A stretch of DNA of 53,247 bases. Origin: Phycisphaerae bacterium. Its GTDB lineage: Bacteria; Planctomycetota; Phycisphaerae; Sedimentisphaerales; Anaerohalosphaeraceae. The stretch is taken from contig JAAYCR010000095.1 of the NCBI GenBank assembly GCA_012729675.1, positions 1 to 53,247 on the forward strand. The letters run 5' to 3'. Both the position numbers and the translations under genes were made by a program. Every line of letters starts with the position of its first letter. Within the stretch, counting starts at the first letter, position 1. Shown in pieces: positions 38,613-48,642 of this stretch. The notes below the pieces were generated by a model. It saw only the letters and a program-made list of their open reading frames with translations, was not told where the DNA came from and did no database searches.

Positions 38613-39515
38613 GTGTATGCAGCAAACAAGTCGGTAAAAGGGTTTATGAGGATATCTGCGATGACCAAAGAAGAGGCGCTTGCCATATTTGAAGATTTCC
38701 ATATCCGTCGTGTCTTCGATGAGGAGACTGAAACGTGGTATTTTTCCGTCGTGGATATCATCGCCGCACTGCTTGGCCAGCGGGATTATCAGACGGCGAG
38801 AAATTACTGGAAAGTTCTAAAAAACCGCCTCAATAAGGAAGGCAGTCAGTCGGTTACAAAATGTAACCGACTGAAGTTAAAGGCTTCCGATGGAAAGAGT
38901 TATCTTACGGACGTCGCAAGTCCGGAGATATTATTGCGGCTTATCCAGTCCGTTCCCAGCCCCAAGGCCGAGCCGGTGAAATTGTGGCTGGCCAAGGTCG
39001 GCTATGAACGCATCCAGGACATGAGCGACCCGGCCCGGTCGGTGGACCGCGCCCGCGATTACTGGCGCCAGCACGGCCGCAGCGAAAAGTGGATACAGCA
39101 GCGAATGACGGGACAGGAAACCCGCAACAAGCTGACCGACTACTGGAAAGACCACGAGATTGCGGGCGAAAAGGAGTTTGCGATTCTGACCAACATCATC
39201 CATCAGGAATGGAGCGGCGTCTCGGTCAAAATGCATAAGGAACTCAAGGGACTCAAGACCCAGAATCTGCGCGATCACATGAGCGAAGCGGAACTGATTT
39301 TTACCGCGCTGGCGGAACTGTCCACCCGACAAATCGCCGAAAGCGTCGAGGCGACCGGCATGAGCCGGAACGCCCAAGCGGGTAAAAAAGGCGGAGCGAT
39401 TGCCAAAAAAGCACGCCTCGAACTGGAGCAGAATACCGGCAAAAGCGTCGTCACCGGCGAAAACTTTCTGACCCCGCCGGCCCCAAAACCAAAACTGAAC
39501 CGCGGCAAAAAATAA
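38613..39515 (+). CDS. DinD-like DNA-damage-inducible protein (Bro-N-type N-domain plus DinD C-domain)
   Basis: …HKELKGLKTQNLRDHMSEAELIFTALAELSTRQ… aligns with E. coli DinD '…HQRKGLKKNQKILDHMGSTELAANLFRATQTEE…'. The true start may be the internal MTKEEALAIF at 38661. Confidence 0.6.
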   Translation: MYAANKSVKGFMRISAMTKEEALAIFEDFHIRRVFDEETETWYFSVVDIIAALLGQRDYQTARNYWKVLKNRLNKEGSQSVTKCNRLKLKASDGKSYLTDVASPEILLRLIQSVPSPKAEPVKLWLAKVGYERIQDMSDPARSVDRARDYWRQHGRSEKWIQQRMTGQETRNKLTDYWKDHEIAGEKEFAILTNIIHQEWSGVSVKMHKELKGLKTQNLRDHMSEAELIFTALAELSTRQIAESVEATGMSRNAQAGKKGGAIAKKARLELEQNTGKSVVTGENFLTPPAPKPKLNRGKK

Positions 39516-39526
39516 AACACATCGCA

Positions 39527-39560
39527 TAAAAAAAAGCCGGACACCTCGCCCGGCTTGGCT
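39527..39560 (-). terminator. Intrinsic terminator oriented for minus-strand transcripts (hairpin GCCGG…CCGGC + T8 on minus strand)
   Basis: The minus strand reads aagccgggcgaggtgtccggcttttttttatg. On the plus strand the A-run precedes the hairpin, so it is poor for plus-strand termination. Confidence 0.35.
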
Positions 39561-39710
39561 GCGTTGATGATGGGGGATTCATTTCCGACACGACGCTCTA
39601 TGTCCCGTTGGGCTATGGTCACGACCGGCAGAGAGGCATTTTTGATTGCATCCCCTCCGGTCTTCCGGTAAAATTGCCGCCATAACGAAATCTTTATCAG
39701 AGAAAGCTCA

Positions 39711-40010
39711 ATGGCTCAAAAACAGAACCCCAAAACCCGGCAGGTCTGCATCGTGACCGTTACGGGCAAAGACAAAGTCGGCATCATCGCCCGCATCGCC
39801 AATGCGATGGCCAAGGCCAACGTCAACATCATCGACGTCAGCCAGCGGATTATGGAAGAGTACTTCGTGATGACGATGGCCTGCGACATCACCGACACCA
39901 CCGCCGATATGGACAAACTTCACACTCAGCTTTCCCGCATCGCCAAAGACATGGAGCTGAACATCACCTTCCAGCACGAAAACATCTTCAAGATGATGCA
40001 CCGGGTGTAG
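39711..40010 (+). CDS. ACT-domain protein (UPF0237-like small regulatory ACT protein)
   Basis: …VCIVTVTGKDKVGIIARIANAMAKANVNIIDVSQ… is a typical ACT-domain ligand-binding fold signature. 99 aa. Confidence 0.65.
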   Translation: MAQKQNPKTRQVCIVTVTGKDKVGIIARIANAMAKANVNIIDVSQRIMEEYFVMTMACDITDTTADMDKLHTQLSRIAKDMELNITFQHENIFKMMHRV

Positions 40011-40041
40011 CGGCAACGGCAAACAACGTGGGGTTTCTTTG

Positions 40042-42096
40042 CTATTGCGGCGATTTAAGCCGGTCTTGAGCGATGGCATTCACGGCGTCGTGTTCGGCCC
40101 TGTTCGCATACCCTATCTTCGGCGTCGGAGGCGGGTCCATCTGTGCACCGAGAAAAAACCCCGGATGCGGCGGCTGGTTGTAGCCGACATTCTGCCAGGC
40201 CACACTCATGCGATACACCGGGTCGTGCATCAGCGTATAAAGCCGATGCTCCGTTGGAATCGTCGTGGTAAAGACCAGCAGGCGGGTGTTATCCTGATGC
40301 CGCCAGATGACCTCTTCGCGCCAGTCGCCGAGAATATCGGCGACGAGGCCGGGCGTTTTTTTGGTGCCGTTATTGGACGCCGCTCCGTCGTCATGCGCCG
40401 CCAGGATACGATCCAGACGGTTGGTGTTCCAGTTCCACTTCTCGATCACCGTCCCGTCCAGCAGTTCGCGCAGCAGGTCACCCGTCCACCAGACGCCGAA
40501 ATTGACCTGGGACGGCCGTGACGACGCGATGATTTCGCCTTTGGCACTGTACAGCGCACGGCTGTTGGTCGCCCATGCCTCGTAACCGGGATGACGCGGG
40601 TCAATATCAAACGCAACGCCGCGGCCCACATCACCGGTCGCCGGCGCCGACCACAGCACCTGCCCCGTGGCGGCATCGCGGAACGACATTCCGATGCCGC
40701 CGTTGGAACCCGGCGATTCATGGGGCATGAACACCTCAAGCCCGGGCCGCGAGGGATCCATATTCGACAGATGCAGCGCGTCGCCGTGTCCCAGCCCGGT
40801 CGAATACAGTCCTGTTCCGTCATGCCGGATGGCGGCCGAACCGTAAATAATATCGTCCTTACCGTTGCCGGTTACGTCCGCGACGGCGAGGCTGTGATTG
40901 CCTTGGCCGATATAGGCGATGTTAATGTTGTCGTTGATGCCCCGGCCGGCCTTAAATATCCATTCCTTCGTCAGTTTTCCGTCTCGCCAGTTGTAGGCGG
41001 CAATCTCGTTTCGTGCCGGATACCCCGACTGCGGCCCGTAATAGCCCCGCGCCATAATCAGGCTCGGCCGTGCGCCGTCGAGGTACGCCACGCCGGCCAG
41101 GAAGCGATCCGCACGGTTGCCGTAGTTGTCTCCCCATTGCTTGACATCGACGCGATTCGGATAGAAATCCGTCGTCGCCAGCGCCGCTCCGGTCAAGCCG
41201 TCAAAAACGGTAAGGTATTCCGGGCCGGCGAGAATATAGCCTGCGGAATTGCGATAGTCGGCGTCTGCGTCGCCGATGACCGTTCCCGCACCGTCTATCG
41301 TCGCCTCGGCCGTTTTACAGGCGATCTCGGCCCGTCCGTTGCCGTCAAAGTCATAGACGATAAATTGGGTGTAATGAGCCCCGGCGCGGATATTCCGCCC
41401 CAAGTCAATTCGCCACAGAAACCGTCCGTCCAGCGTGTAGGCGTCCAGATAGACATTGCCTGTATAACCGGAATGAGAATTGTCTTTGGCGTTGGAGGGG
41501 TCCCACTTGACGATGATTTCATATCGGCCGTCGCCGGTCAGGTCGCCCACGCTCAGGTCGTTGGGGCTGTAGTCGTAGCGCACGCCGTCGGGTGTTATCC
41601 CTCCTGCCGGCCGCCGCAGGGGGATCTCCAGATAGGGGTGACGCCAGACCGAAACCGGTTCGGACGCCGGCTGTTCGACCCCGTCAACCACCGCCGCAAC
41701 ACGGTAGGTACTGTTGATTGCCGTGGTATCGATGTACTGTGTCGCCCCGGTCAGCGGTGCAGAAGTGATCCTTGTCGAACCCCGATAGAGATGGAAGCCG
41801 ATGTCCTGTCCCCACTCCGTGCCCAGCAGCCGCCAGCTCACGAAGACCTCGTCGCCGCTGGTCCGCACCGCCGTCACCCCGCGATCCAGCCATTCCATCT
41901 GGCGACCGACGGGGCGGCTCTGCCCGGCCCATGCATCAGAATCGCCGGCATCTGTGTCGCTTTCGCCGATGGGTATGCCCTCTGCCTTGGCGTCTTCGGC
42001 CAGCCTTGCCGATGCCGGATCAAGCAGATTCGATTCTTCGCCCGCCGCGGCGGACACACATAAGCCAATGAATCCCAATAAGATAAGGTTTCGCAT
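40042..42096 (-). CDS. Polysaccharide lyase family 11 rhamnogalacturonan lyase (YesW/YesX-like beta-propeller)
   Basis: Signal peptide, then FG-GAP-like repeats (…DLTGDGRYEIIVKWD…, …VYDFDGNGRAEIACK…, …VADVTGNGKDDIIYG…) with overall similarity to PL11 lyases. Confidence 0.75.
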   Translation of the reverse strand: MRNLILLGFIGLCVSAAAGEESNLLDPASARLAEDAKAEGIPIGESDTDAGDSDAWAGQSRPVGRQMEWLDRGVTAVRTSGDEVFVSWRLLGTEWGQDIGFHLYRGSTRITSAPLTGATQYIDTTAINSTYRVAAVVDGVEQPASEPVSVWRHPYLEIPLRRPAGGITPDGVRYDYSPNDLSVGDLTGDGRYEIIVKWDPSNAKDNSHSGYTGNVYLDAYTLDGRFLWRIDLGRNIRAGAHYTQFIVYDFDGNGRAEIACKTAEATIDGAGTVIGDADADYRNSAGYILAGPEYLTVFDGLTGAALATTDFYPNRVDVKQWGDNYGNRADRFLAGVAYLDGARPSLIMARGYYGPQSGYPARNEIAAYNWRDGKLTKEWIFKAGRGINDNINIAYIGQGNHSLAVADVTGNGKDDIIYGSAAIRHDGTGLYSTGLGHGDALHLSNMDPSRPGLEVFMPHESPGSNGGIGMSFRDAATGQVLWSAPATGDVGRGVAFDIDPRHPGYEAWATNSRALYSAKGEIIASSRPSQVNFGVWWTGDLLRELLDGTVIEKWNWNTNRLDRILAAHDDGAASNNGTKKTPGLVADILGDWREEVIWRHQDNTRLLVFTTTIPTEHRLYTLMHDPVYRMSVAWQNVGYNQPPHPGFFLGAQMDPPPTPKIGYANRAEHDAVNAIAQDRLKSPQ

Positions 42097-42199
42097 CCAC
42101 TATACCCCAAGCGGCCAATCCCTATACTTTCAAGGGATCGCACCACAAAAAAAAAGACCCGTCATTCCTTATTACGGAAAGTGACGGGTCTGGCCAAAT

Positions 42200-42273
<74 letters not shown>

Positions 42274-42284
42274 GGATACTCACA

Positions 42285-42458
42285 TTATTCCATGTTGATG
42301 GCTTCGACGGGGCACTCGTCCACGCAGACGCCGCAATCGACGCACTTTTCGGCATCGACGAACGCCTTGCCGTTCTTCATTTCAATCGCTTCGCTGGGGC
42401 ATGAATCCACACACGACTCGCAACCGGTACAGGTACTGGCTTCAACTTTTGCCGGCAT
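42285..42458 (-). CDS. 2x[4Fe-4S] ferredoxin (57 aa)
   Basis: MPAKVEASTCTGCESCVDSCPSEAIEM…AEKCVDCGVCVDECPVEAINME contains two CxxCxxCxxxCP clusters. GGAAAGGA Shine-Dalgarno before ATG 42458; the track TTG start 42533 is an extension. Confidence 0.85.
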   Translation of the reverse strand: MPAKVEASTCTGCESCVDSCPSEAIEMKNGKAFVDAEKCVDCGVCVDECPVEAINME

Positions 42459-43042
42459 CGTAAAATCCTTTCCAAAAGATCGATTACTTGTATTTATTAA
42501 ACAGGCAGAAGAATTTACGAAATTTTTGCCCAATACTCAACAAAAATTTTATTATTTTCAACGTATTTATCAAAACAGCCCCAATATCCCCATAAAACCA
42601 CGCCGGGATGTGGCTGCACACGCTGGCCTGTGGTTCTGGGTGCTTGCTGTCCGGTTCCGGCGTTGATTGGCTTTTTTTCAGTCAACAGTGATCAGTTATC
42701 AGTAAACAGTTGTTGAATAAGATCTTATGGTTTATGCAAAATAGAAAATTGGGTTCGTGTGGTCATTGTTGAGATGATAGAGGTTAGGGATTAGAGGATA
42801 GAAGATAGATATGAGTTCTTATTGGCTATTGAATAATTATCTAAACACATTACAGTTTCAACTTTGCACAGTGAAAAAACGAACGAAGCAAATTTTGCTG
42901 CCGCGACTGTCTTACAAGGCTATCTCATACCCATAGTATCGGCAGGAATACGTTCGTTTATTTGACTTTTCAAAGATGAATAAAATGCAGACTCGACCTT
43001 GGACAATGCTGATAATGTTAACAGGTTGGCTATTGAAATGAA

Positions 43043-43405
43043 ATGGACCCAAAATCAAACCCCTACAAATTCTCCCTCCTCCTCACCCTGATTCTGTCCA
43101 TTGTGATAGGTATAGCCCTATGGTATTTCAACCGTATACACCCCCTGTGGATTTACCTTCTTACCCTGAGCCTGACTATATTTTTATTTTACGGTTATGA
43201 CAAATATCAGGCAATCAACCAAAATACCAGAATCCCTGAGGCAATACTCCACCTTATAGCCTTGGCAGGAGGCACAGTAGGTGCATTTGCCGGTCAGCTA
43301 TTTTTTTGACATAAAACAAAGAAATTGAGTTTCAGGGTAATTTTTATTACAATTGCAATTGTACAAATAGGATTAATCTTGTGGTGGTATGCAAGAAGGG
43401 TATAA
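43043..43405 (+). pseudogene. DUF1294-family small membrane protein interrupted by an in-frame TGA (43307-43309)
   Basis: The N-part ends …RIPEAILHLIALAGGTVGAFAGQLFF*. The same frame continues HKTKKLSFRVIFITIAIVQIGLILWWYARRV*. Intact DUF1294 proteins read …GG..GA..G..LF-R-HKT(R/K)K…, so the TGA sits where an Arg (CGA) codon is expected. It is preceded by a T7 homopolymer. Confidence 0.55.
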
Positions 43406-43527
43406 AAAAACAGGGAAATGTTTCCTATTGTTTATGTAGAATTCTCAATACCTATAGAAATAAAAACGTGTTTTTTTGCGATAAACGAAAAACAATCAAA
43501 AAACCATTTTGTCGGAAAGGAAGCGTT

Positions 43528-43803
43528 ATGGGAAACTTAATCATTCAATTGATCAGCGGGGCTGTTGGTGGGAATATTGCAGGGGGTTTGTTTAAGAAAA
43601 TATCCCTTGGTACACTGTGGAATTCTGTTGCCGGTATTGTCGGCGGTGGGATTGGAGGCCAACTGCTGGGTCTTCTGGGCATTTCCACGGGCAGCGGCGG
43701 GATGGATATCGGCAGTATTGTGGGAAATATTGCAGGTGGTGGAGTGGGCGGCGGCGTCTTGTTGGCAATCGTAGGTCTTATCAAGAAAGCCATGAGCAAA
43801 TAA
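43528..43803 (+). CDS. GlsB/YeaQ/YmgE-family small Gly-zipper membrane protein (transglycosylase-associated protein family)
   Basis: MGNLIIQLISGAVGGNIAGG…GIVGGGIGGQLLGLLG…GNIAGGGVGGGVLLAIVGLI. AAAGGAAG Shine-Dalgarno before ATG 43528; the track start 43381 is an extension. Confidence 0.65.
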   Translation: MGNLIIQLISGAVGGNIAGGLFKKISLGTLWNSVAGIVGGGIGGQLLGLLGISTGSGGMDIGSIVGNIAGGGVGGGVLLAIVGLIKKAMSK

Positions 43804-43954
43804 AACTGCCGTTGTTTCGATTGATTATGTTTTACCGGCCTGACAACTTTGCCAGTACGCACCCCTGAGCGAATGGTCTGAGAAAAGCAGAACAGAGAGG
43901 GGACACTGTCACAGCTCTGACTACTTTTCCAATGGATTTTATAAGGAAAATAAA

Positions 43955-45457
43955 ATGACCAAACCAATGCTGATTGCTAAAAATTCCATGAATATTGAGT
44001 TTCATTTGCTTCCCCGCATGGCCAACCGTCACGGCCTGGTGGCCGGGGCTACGGGAACAGGCAAAACCGTCACACTGCAGCGAATAGCCGAGTGTCTCAG
44101 TGAAAACGGCGTTCCTGTGTTTCTGGCGGATGTAAAAGGGGATCTTGCCGGCGTCAGTCAAAAGGGAACCGAGCAGCCCAAAATCATGGAACGCATTAAA
44201 CTGCTGGGTCTTTCCGATCATTGCTTCCAACCTTTTCCGGCGGCGTTTTGGGATGTGTTCGGGCAAAGCGGACATCCCATCCGGACGACGGTTTCCGATA
44301 TGGGACCGCTTCTGATGGGTCGGCTTTTGGATCTCAACAAAGTGCAGACCGGCGTTTTAAACCTGATTTTCAAGCTCGCTGATGATAACGGCCTATTGCT
44401 GCTGGACCTCAAAGACCTGCGATCCATGGTCCAGTATGCCGGAGAAAATGCCTCACAATTCACTACGGAATACGGCAATATTTCCAAAGCGTCTGTGGGC
44501 GCCATTCAGAGGGGCTTACTGGAATTGGAAACGCAGGGGGGCAGTCAGTTTTTTGGTGAACCGATGCTGGATATCTTTCATCTGATTCAAACCCATTCGG
44601 ATGGAAGGGGGGTTATCAATATTTTAGCGGCCGATCAATTGATCAACCGGCCGAAAGTCTATGCGACGTTTCTGCTGTGGCTCCTGGCGGAACTGTATGA
44701 GCGCTTGCCTGAAGCGGGGGATCTGGAGAAACCCAGGATGGTTTTCTTCTTCGATGAAGCCCATTTTCTCTTTGAAGACGCCCCCGAGGCCCTGCTGGAC
44801 AAAATCGAGCAGGTCGTGCGGCTTATCCGGTCAAGGGGCGTAGGTGTTTATTTTATCACCCAGAATCCCCGCGATGTGCCCGACAAAGTATTAGCCCAGT
44901 TAGGCAATCGTGTGCAGCATGCCCTAAGGGCCTTCACGCCGCTGGAGCAAAAAGCCGTCAAGCTGATGGCTCAGACCTTCCGCCCGAATCCTCAGTTGGA
45001 CATAGAGAAGGTGATTACGGAACTGGGCACAGGCGAGGCCCTCATTTCTTTCCTGGAAGAAAAAGGGACGCCCGCCGTGGTCGATCGTGCCTTTGTTTGC
45101 CCTCCCCAGGGCCGCCTGGGCACAATTACCCCCGACGAACGCCAGAGGATTATTCAAAGTTCGATCCATTTCGGCCGTTATGAACAGGTTATTGACCGGG
45201 AATCGGCCTTTGAAGTGATAAAAAAACGGACCGAGCAGAGAGCGGCACAAAGTCAGCCCTACCCCAGCAAACAGATGACATATCCATACCCGTCTCCGTC
45301 TCCTCGGTACAAGGAGCCGGCGCCGCGTCGAAGTCCGGGCAGGCCCAAGGACAGCTTGGGCGAAGCTTTTGCCAAAAGCGCCATGCGTACCATGGGAAGT
45401 TCACTGGGTCGTCAGATCCTTCGCGGGGTGCTGGGCTCGATCCTGGGGAAACGATAA
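43955..45457 (+). CDS. HerA-like DUF853-family P-loop NTPase (E. coli YjgR-like)
   Basis: …[21 protein letters not shown]… Walker A, …[12 protein letters not shown]… Walker B, 500 aa as for YjgR. AAGGAAAA Shine-Dalgarno. Confidence 0.8.
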   Translation: MTKPMLIAKNSMNIEFHLLPRMANRHGLVAGATGTGKTVTLQRIAECLSENGVPVFLADVKGDLAGVSQKGTEQPKIMERIKLLGLSDHCFQPFPAAFWDVFGQSGHPIRTTVSDMGPLLMGRLLDLNKVQTGVLNLIFKLADDNGLLLLDLKDLRSMVQYAGENASQFTTEYGNISKASVGAIQRGLLELETQGGSQFFGEPMLDIFHLIQTHSDGRGVINILAADQLINRPKVYATFLLWLLAELYERLPEAGDLEKPRMVFFFDEAHFLFEDAPEALLDKIEQVVRLIRSRGVGVYFITQNPRDVPDKVLAQLGNRVQHALRAFTPLEQKAVKLMAQTFRPNPQLDIEKVITELGTGEALISFLEEKGTPAVVDRAFVCPPQGRLGTITPDERQRIIQSSIHFGRYEQVIDRESAFEVIKKRTEQRAAQSQPYPSKQMTYPYPSPSPRYKEPAPRRSPGRPKDSLGEAFAKSAMRTMGSSLGRQILRGVLGSILGKR

Positions 45458-45586
45458 GGTACACACCCTATCGGGGGGTGTTCTGTGTTCCCGTGCAAAT
45501 TGTCGAGCAAAGATGAGGAAACAAGGTTTCTAAAAATCAGAACCTGGATTGATGACCGATCAGGTCCTGTTGAAAATCTTGCGGAG

Positions 45587-46432
45587 TCATAAATTTTCCG
45601 CCTTAAACGTATCTCCCTCATCTAAATTACCTGCGGTGAATCCTTTGTAAAACCATCGTTTCCTCTGCTCAGAAGTCCCATGCGTAAAACTATCCGGCAC
45701 AACATATCCCTGCGCTGCTTTTTGGATACGGTCATCGCCCACGGCGCTGGCAGCATTCAACGCCTCGTCCAGATCCCCTTCTTCCAGCAGGTTCATTCGG
45801 TTAGCGTAGTGAGCCCACACGCCTGACAAATAGTCCGCCTGCAATTCAAGACGAACGAGATATTTGTTAAACTCATCTTCATTAAGCCTTGATCGGAGAG
45901 ACATCACTTGCTCATTGATTCCCAGAAGTGTTTGAACGTGGTGGCCAATTTCGTGTGCAATCACATAGGCCATCGCAAAATCGCCCGGTGCCTGAAAACG
46001 TTCCTGTAATTCCTGATAAAAACTCAAATCAATATACACTTTGTGATCGCCCGGACAGTAAAATGGACCTGTGGCAGAACCGGCGTATCCGCACGCCGAC
46101 TGTACACTGCCTGTAAAAAGAACCAGTTTCGGGTACTCATAATTCAAGCCCTGCTCACTGAATAACTGGGTCCAGACATCTTCGGTCTCAGCCAGCACCA
46201 CGGACACAAATTGCGCCAGTTCATTCTCTTCGGCACTCGGTACATATGGTACAGTGCTTGCTGAATCTTCAAGCGGCAGCGTATTTAAGATTTGTGATGG
46301 ATCACCCCCCAGAAAATAAATAGCCAGAACGATAATGATTGTCCCTATACCGCCTCCGATCAAACCTGGTTTAGGAGAAAGTCCTCTGCGGTCTTCAACG
46401 TTTGAACTTGATCGTCTGTCTTTCCAGCGCAC
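45587..46432 (-). CDS. YpfJ-family neutral zinc metallopeptidase (Zn_peptidase_2)
   Basis: MRWKDRRSSSNVEDRRG… start and …AYVIAHEIGHHVQ… HExxH, with end-to-end similarity to E. coli YpfJ (…LELQADYLSGVWAH…DSFTHGTSEQRKRWF…). Confidence 0.88.
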   Translation of the reverse strand: MRWKDRRSSSNVEDRRGLSPKPGLIGGGIGTIIIVLAIYFLGGDPSQILNTLPLEDSASTVPYVPSAEENELAQFVSVVLAETEDVWTQLFSEQGLNYEYPKLVLFTGSVQSACGYAGSATGPFYCPGDHKVYIDLSFYQELQERFQAPGDFAMAYVIAHEIGHHVQTLLGINEQVMSLRSRLNEDEFNKYLVRLELQADYLSGVWAHYANRMNLLEEGDLDEALNAASAVGDDRIQKAAQGYVVPDSFTHGTSEQRKRWFYKGFTAGNLDEGDTFKAENL

Positions 46433-47300
46433 CGTAGTCCTTGTGGATTAGTATTCAATCGCAGCCGGCAGTTTTTTGGCTTGCTCAATCCAATCGGTAA
46501 CTACCGATTCTGTCGGCACACGGCGGGTTGATTTCTTCTGTTCATTCACTTCGGTCATCTTTTTGGTCAGATTGGCCGGAACACGGTTCTTAAGTTCTTT
46601 GACCGAGCCACCATACTTATCCTTTCAACTAATTCACTCCCATATCAGTTAAAAGGGCTTCGGAGGGAGATGAGGAGTTAACCCCAGAGCTCGGTTCCAC
46701 CCTTACACTATTCGAGATTATACCCTAGGGGAGAATATTGGCAAGCAGATTTTGAAAATCCTCAAAAATCCGCCTTTGGAGCAAAAAAAGGAGGAAAAGC
46801 AGTCGGTGAGGCTGCCCAGGGCAAACTCCACAGACGGCAGAAGGAGCAAAATAGAGCATATCTAAAACAAACCGGCTGTCAACTCTGTTTTTTGGTCTCG
46901 CGTTGCATCGCGCGATATTCCGAAGATAGAAAGAGCGATATGGCGACAACAAAAAAGGAAATTTGCGAAAAAATAGCAGAAACCCAGAACAGGCAGGCAG
47001 ATTGTACACAATCGGTCTGGGATGGGAAATGGGCGGCGTCAGGCCTGCAGGAAAATAAAACGCTGGCGGTTTTATAGAAAAGGCGGTCAAAGGATGAATC
47101 GAAGCCATATTCTTATATCCAGACCACAATTATCAATTACCGGTTTGGATACTACCGCAACGATAATCGCTTATCAAGCGGGAGATAAAACAATGAGGGA
47201 GAATTCAAAGTGGGGGAAAATTTACGCCCAAAATTACGCCCACTTGATATGCAGGACACAAAAAAAGCCCAATAATCTGCATTATCAGGCTAAAAACAAG

Positions 47301-47375
47301 GGTGGAAGAGGGGACTCGAACCCCCGACCCCCAGAACCACAATCTGGTGCTCTAACCAACTGAGCTACTACCACC
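47301..47375 (-). tRNA. tRNA-His (anticodon GUG) with the encoded extra 5' G(-1) and C73 discriminator
   Basis: The minus strand reads G-GUGGUAGUAGCUCAGUUGGUUAGAGCACCAGAUUGUGGUUCUGGGGGUCGGGGGUUCGAGUCCCCUCUUCCAC-C. Confidence 0.8.
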
Positions 47376-47559
47376 GCAAAAATACCGAGAAAGAGTATAA
47401 CGGCCCCGTATAGGCCTGTCAAGCCATGAATTTGTGATGGGGGAATTTCAGGCCGCATTTGCCGACAACAAGACACCCATAAATTTGAATCCAGCGATTA
47501 TCCTATGACTATTGGCTTCGGCTGGGCCGGGCGATTCTTACCCAATCTCTGCGGGAAGA

Positions 47560-48642
47560 CTACGGTACCAAAAAGATGTCGTCTGGATTGCAGGGCGTTT
47601 CCATGCCCCGATAGACATCCACGCCCAGCACCGTAAAGATATCGTCGCCGTTGACGATCCGTGTTGTAATAAACTCCACGGACCCGTCACTGTACAGAAC
47701 GCTTTGGCCTTTATGGCGGTGGTTGGCGCTCATCATCTGGCGCAGTTGCTCGTCAAGCTGGATGCGTTCGAATTCGTTGAGCTGATGATAAACCGAAGGT
47801 TGAAAAGGGACTTGCCGGAACAGCGGGTTCAGGTCGCCAGCGATAATGCGGCGTGACTGGCGGGTCAGGCTATTAGCATTATCGTCGCACAAAAGGATAA
47901 AGCTGTAGCTGATGTTGCGGCGCAACGGGAAATCCTCCAACTCGGCCATTTGGGCGGCATTGTACTGCACCGGGATCCCTTCACTATCGCCGCCGCACAC
48001 AAACACGCTGCCTTTGGCATAGCCGTCCTTGACAAGTTGCCAGACATAGCGCGTATTGGAGTGGATTTCCGGCCCTTGATAGCCGATTTTCCACCATGGT
48101 GAGCCGCTTTTGACCAGCGTTTCACCGATACGGCCATTGTGGTCGCTGCCAAACGCGGCCATGGCTTGGCCGATCTGACGGAGGTGGTCGGCACAGACGA
48201 CCTGTCGGCTGCGGTCGCGCATCGCGCCAAACGACGGAAACAAGATGCCCGCCACCAAGACAACCGCCGCGGCGGTCGCCAAAACCTCAAACGCCGGCCT
48301 CCAGAAACGAACGCCAGCGGAAAGGGCGGGGACTGGTGCAGGATGATAATCGAGATTATCCTGCTCTTGTTTCAGCAAGGTTTCCAGCTTGCTTGTGCCT
48401 ACCAGCCGAGCGGAGGCCGCAAGTTTGAGTCGCGCAACCGTCAACTCGGCAAGATTTTCGGGGCAGGGTTCGTATTTGAGGGTGTCCAATTCTGTCAGGG
48501 TATCTTCCAGATTGGCATAAAGACGAGCCGCCTCAGGATTGGAGGCAATCAGATCGCGCCCCCGAGAAATGTCTTCCTCATCGCCGCAGCGAAAATAAAA
48601 GTCCAAAATAAGTTGCTGATCTTCAGATTTCAGATAACCCAT
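47560..48642 (-). CDS. Anti-sigma-factor-like membrane protein with C-terminal DUF1559-type (Planctomycete prepilin-like H-x9-DG) domain
   Basis: N-terminal cytoplasmic region, one TM (AAVVLVAGILFPSF), then …CADHLRQIGQAMAAFGSDHNG… and C-terminal …HRHKGQSVLYSDGSVEFI…, as in DUF1559 proteins. Its start overlaps the sigma factor stop by 20 nt. Confidence 0.6.
   Translation of the reverse strand: MGYLKSEDQQLILDFYFRCGDEEDISRGRDLIASNPEAARLYANLEDTLTELDTLKYEPCPENLAELTVARLKLAASARLVGTSKLETLLKQEQDNLDYHPAPVPALSAGVRFWRPAFEVLATAAAVVLVAGILFPSFGAMRDRSRQVVCADHLRQIGQAMAAFGSDHNGRIGETLVKSGSPWWKIGYQGPEIHSNTRYVWQLVKDGYAKGSVFVCGGDSEGIPVQYNAAQMAELEDFPLRRNISYSFILLCDDNANSLTRQSRRIIAGDLNPLFRQVPFQPSVYHQLNEFERIQLDEQLRQMMSANHRHKGQSVLYSDGSVEFITTRIVNGDDIFTVLGVDVYRGMETPCNPDDIFLVP

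Noticed and set aside
43307-43309. Possibility that TGA is a sense codon genome-wide (alternative genetic code)
   Set aside because: Several well-supported genes here (argD, the YcfL-like, LpoB-like and lipoprotein genes) end at TGA with sensible C-termini. The DUF1294 TGA is therefore treated as a local lesion or read-through candidate only.
46443-46553. 36-codon minus-strand ORF (MTEVNEQKKSTRRVPTESVVTDWIEQAKKLPAAIEY) just upstream of the ypfJ-like gene start
   Set aside because: No Shine-Dalgarno, below reliable size, no homology recognised.
46892-47077. 61-aa ORF with an N-terminus (MATTKKEICEKIAETQ…) faintly like HU/IHF
   Set aside because: Similarity is lost after ~25 residues, the ORF is too short for an HU fold, and there is no convincing Shine-Dalgarno. 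Lies in a low-GC spacer between the ypfJ-like gene and tRNA-His.
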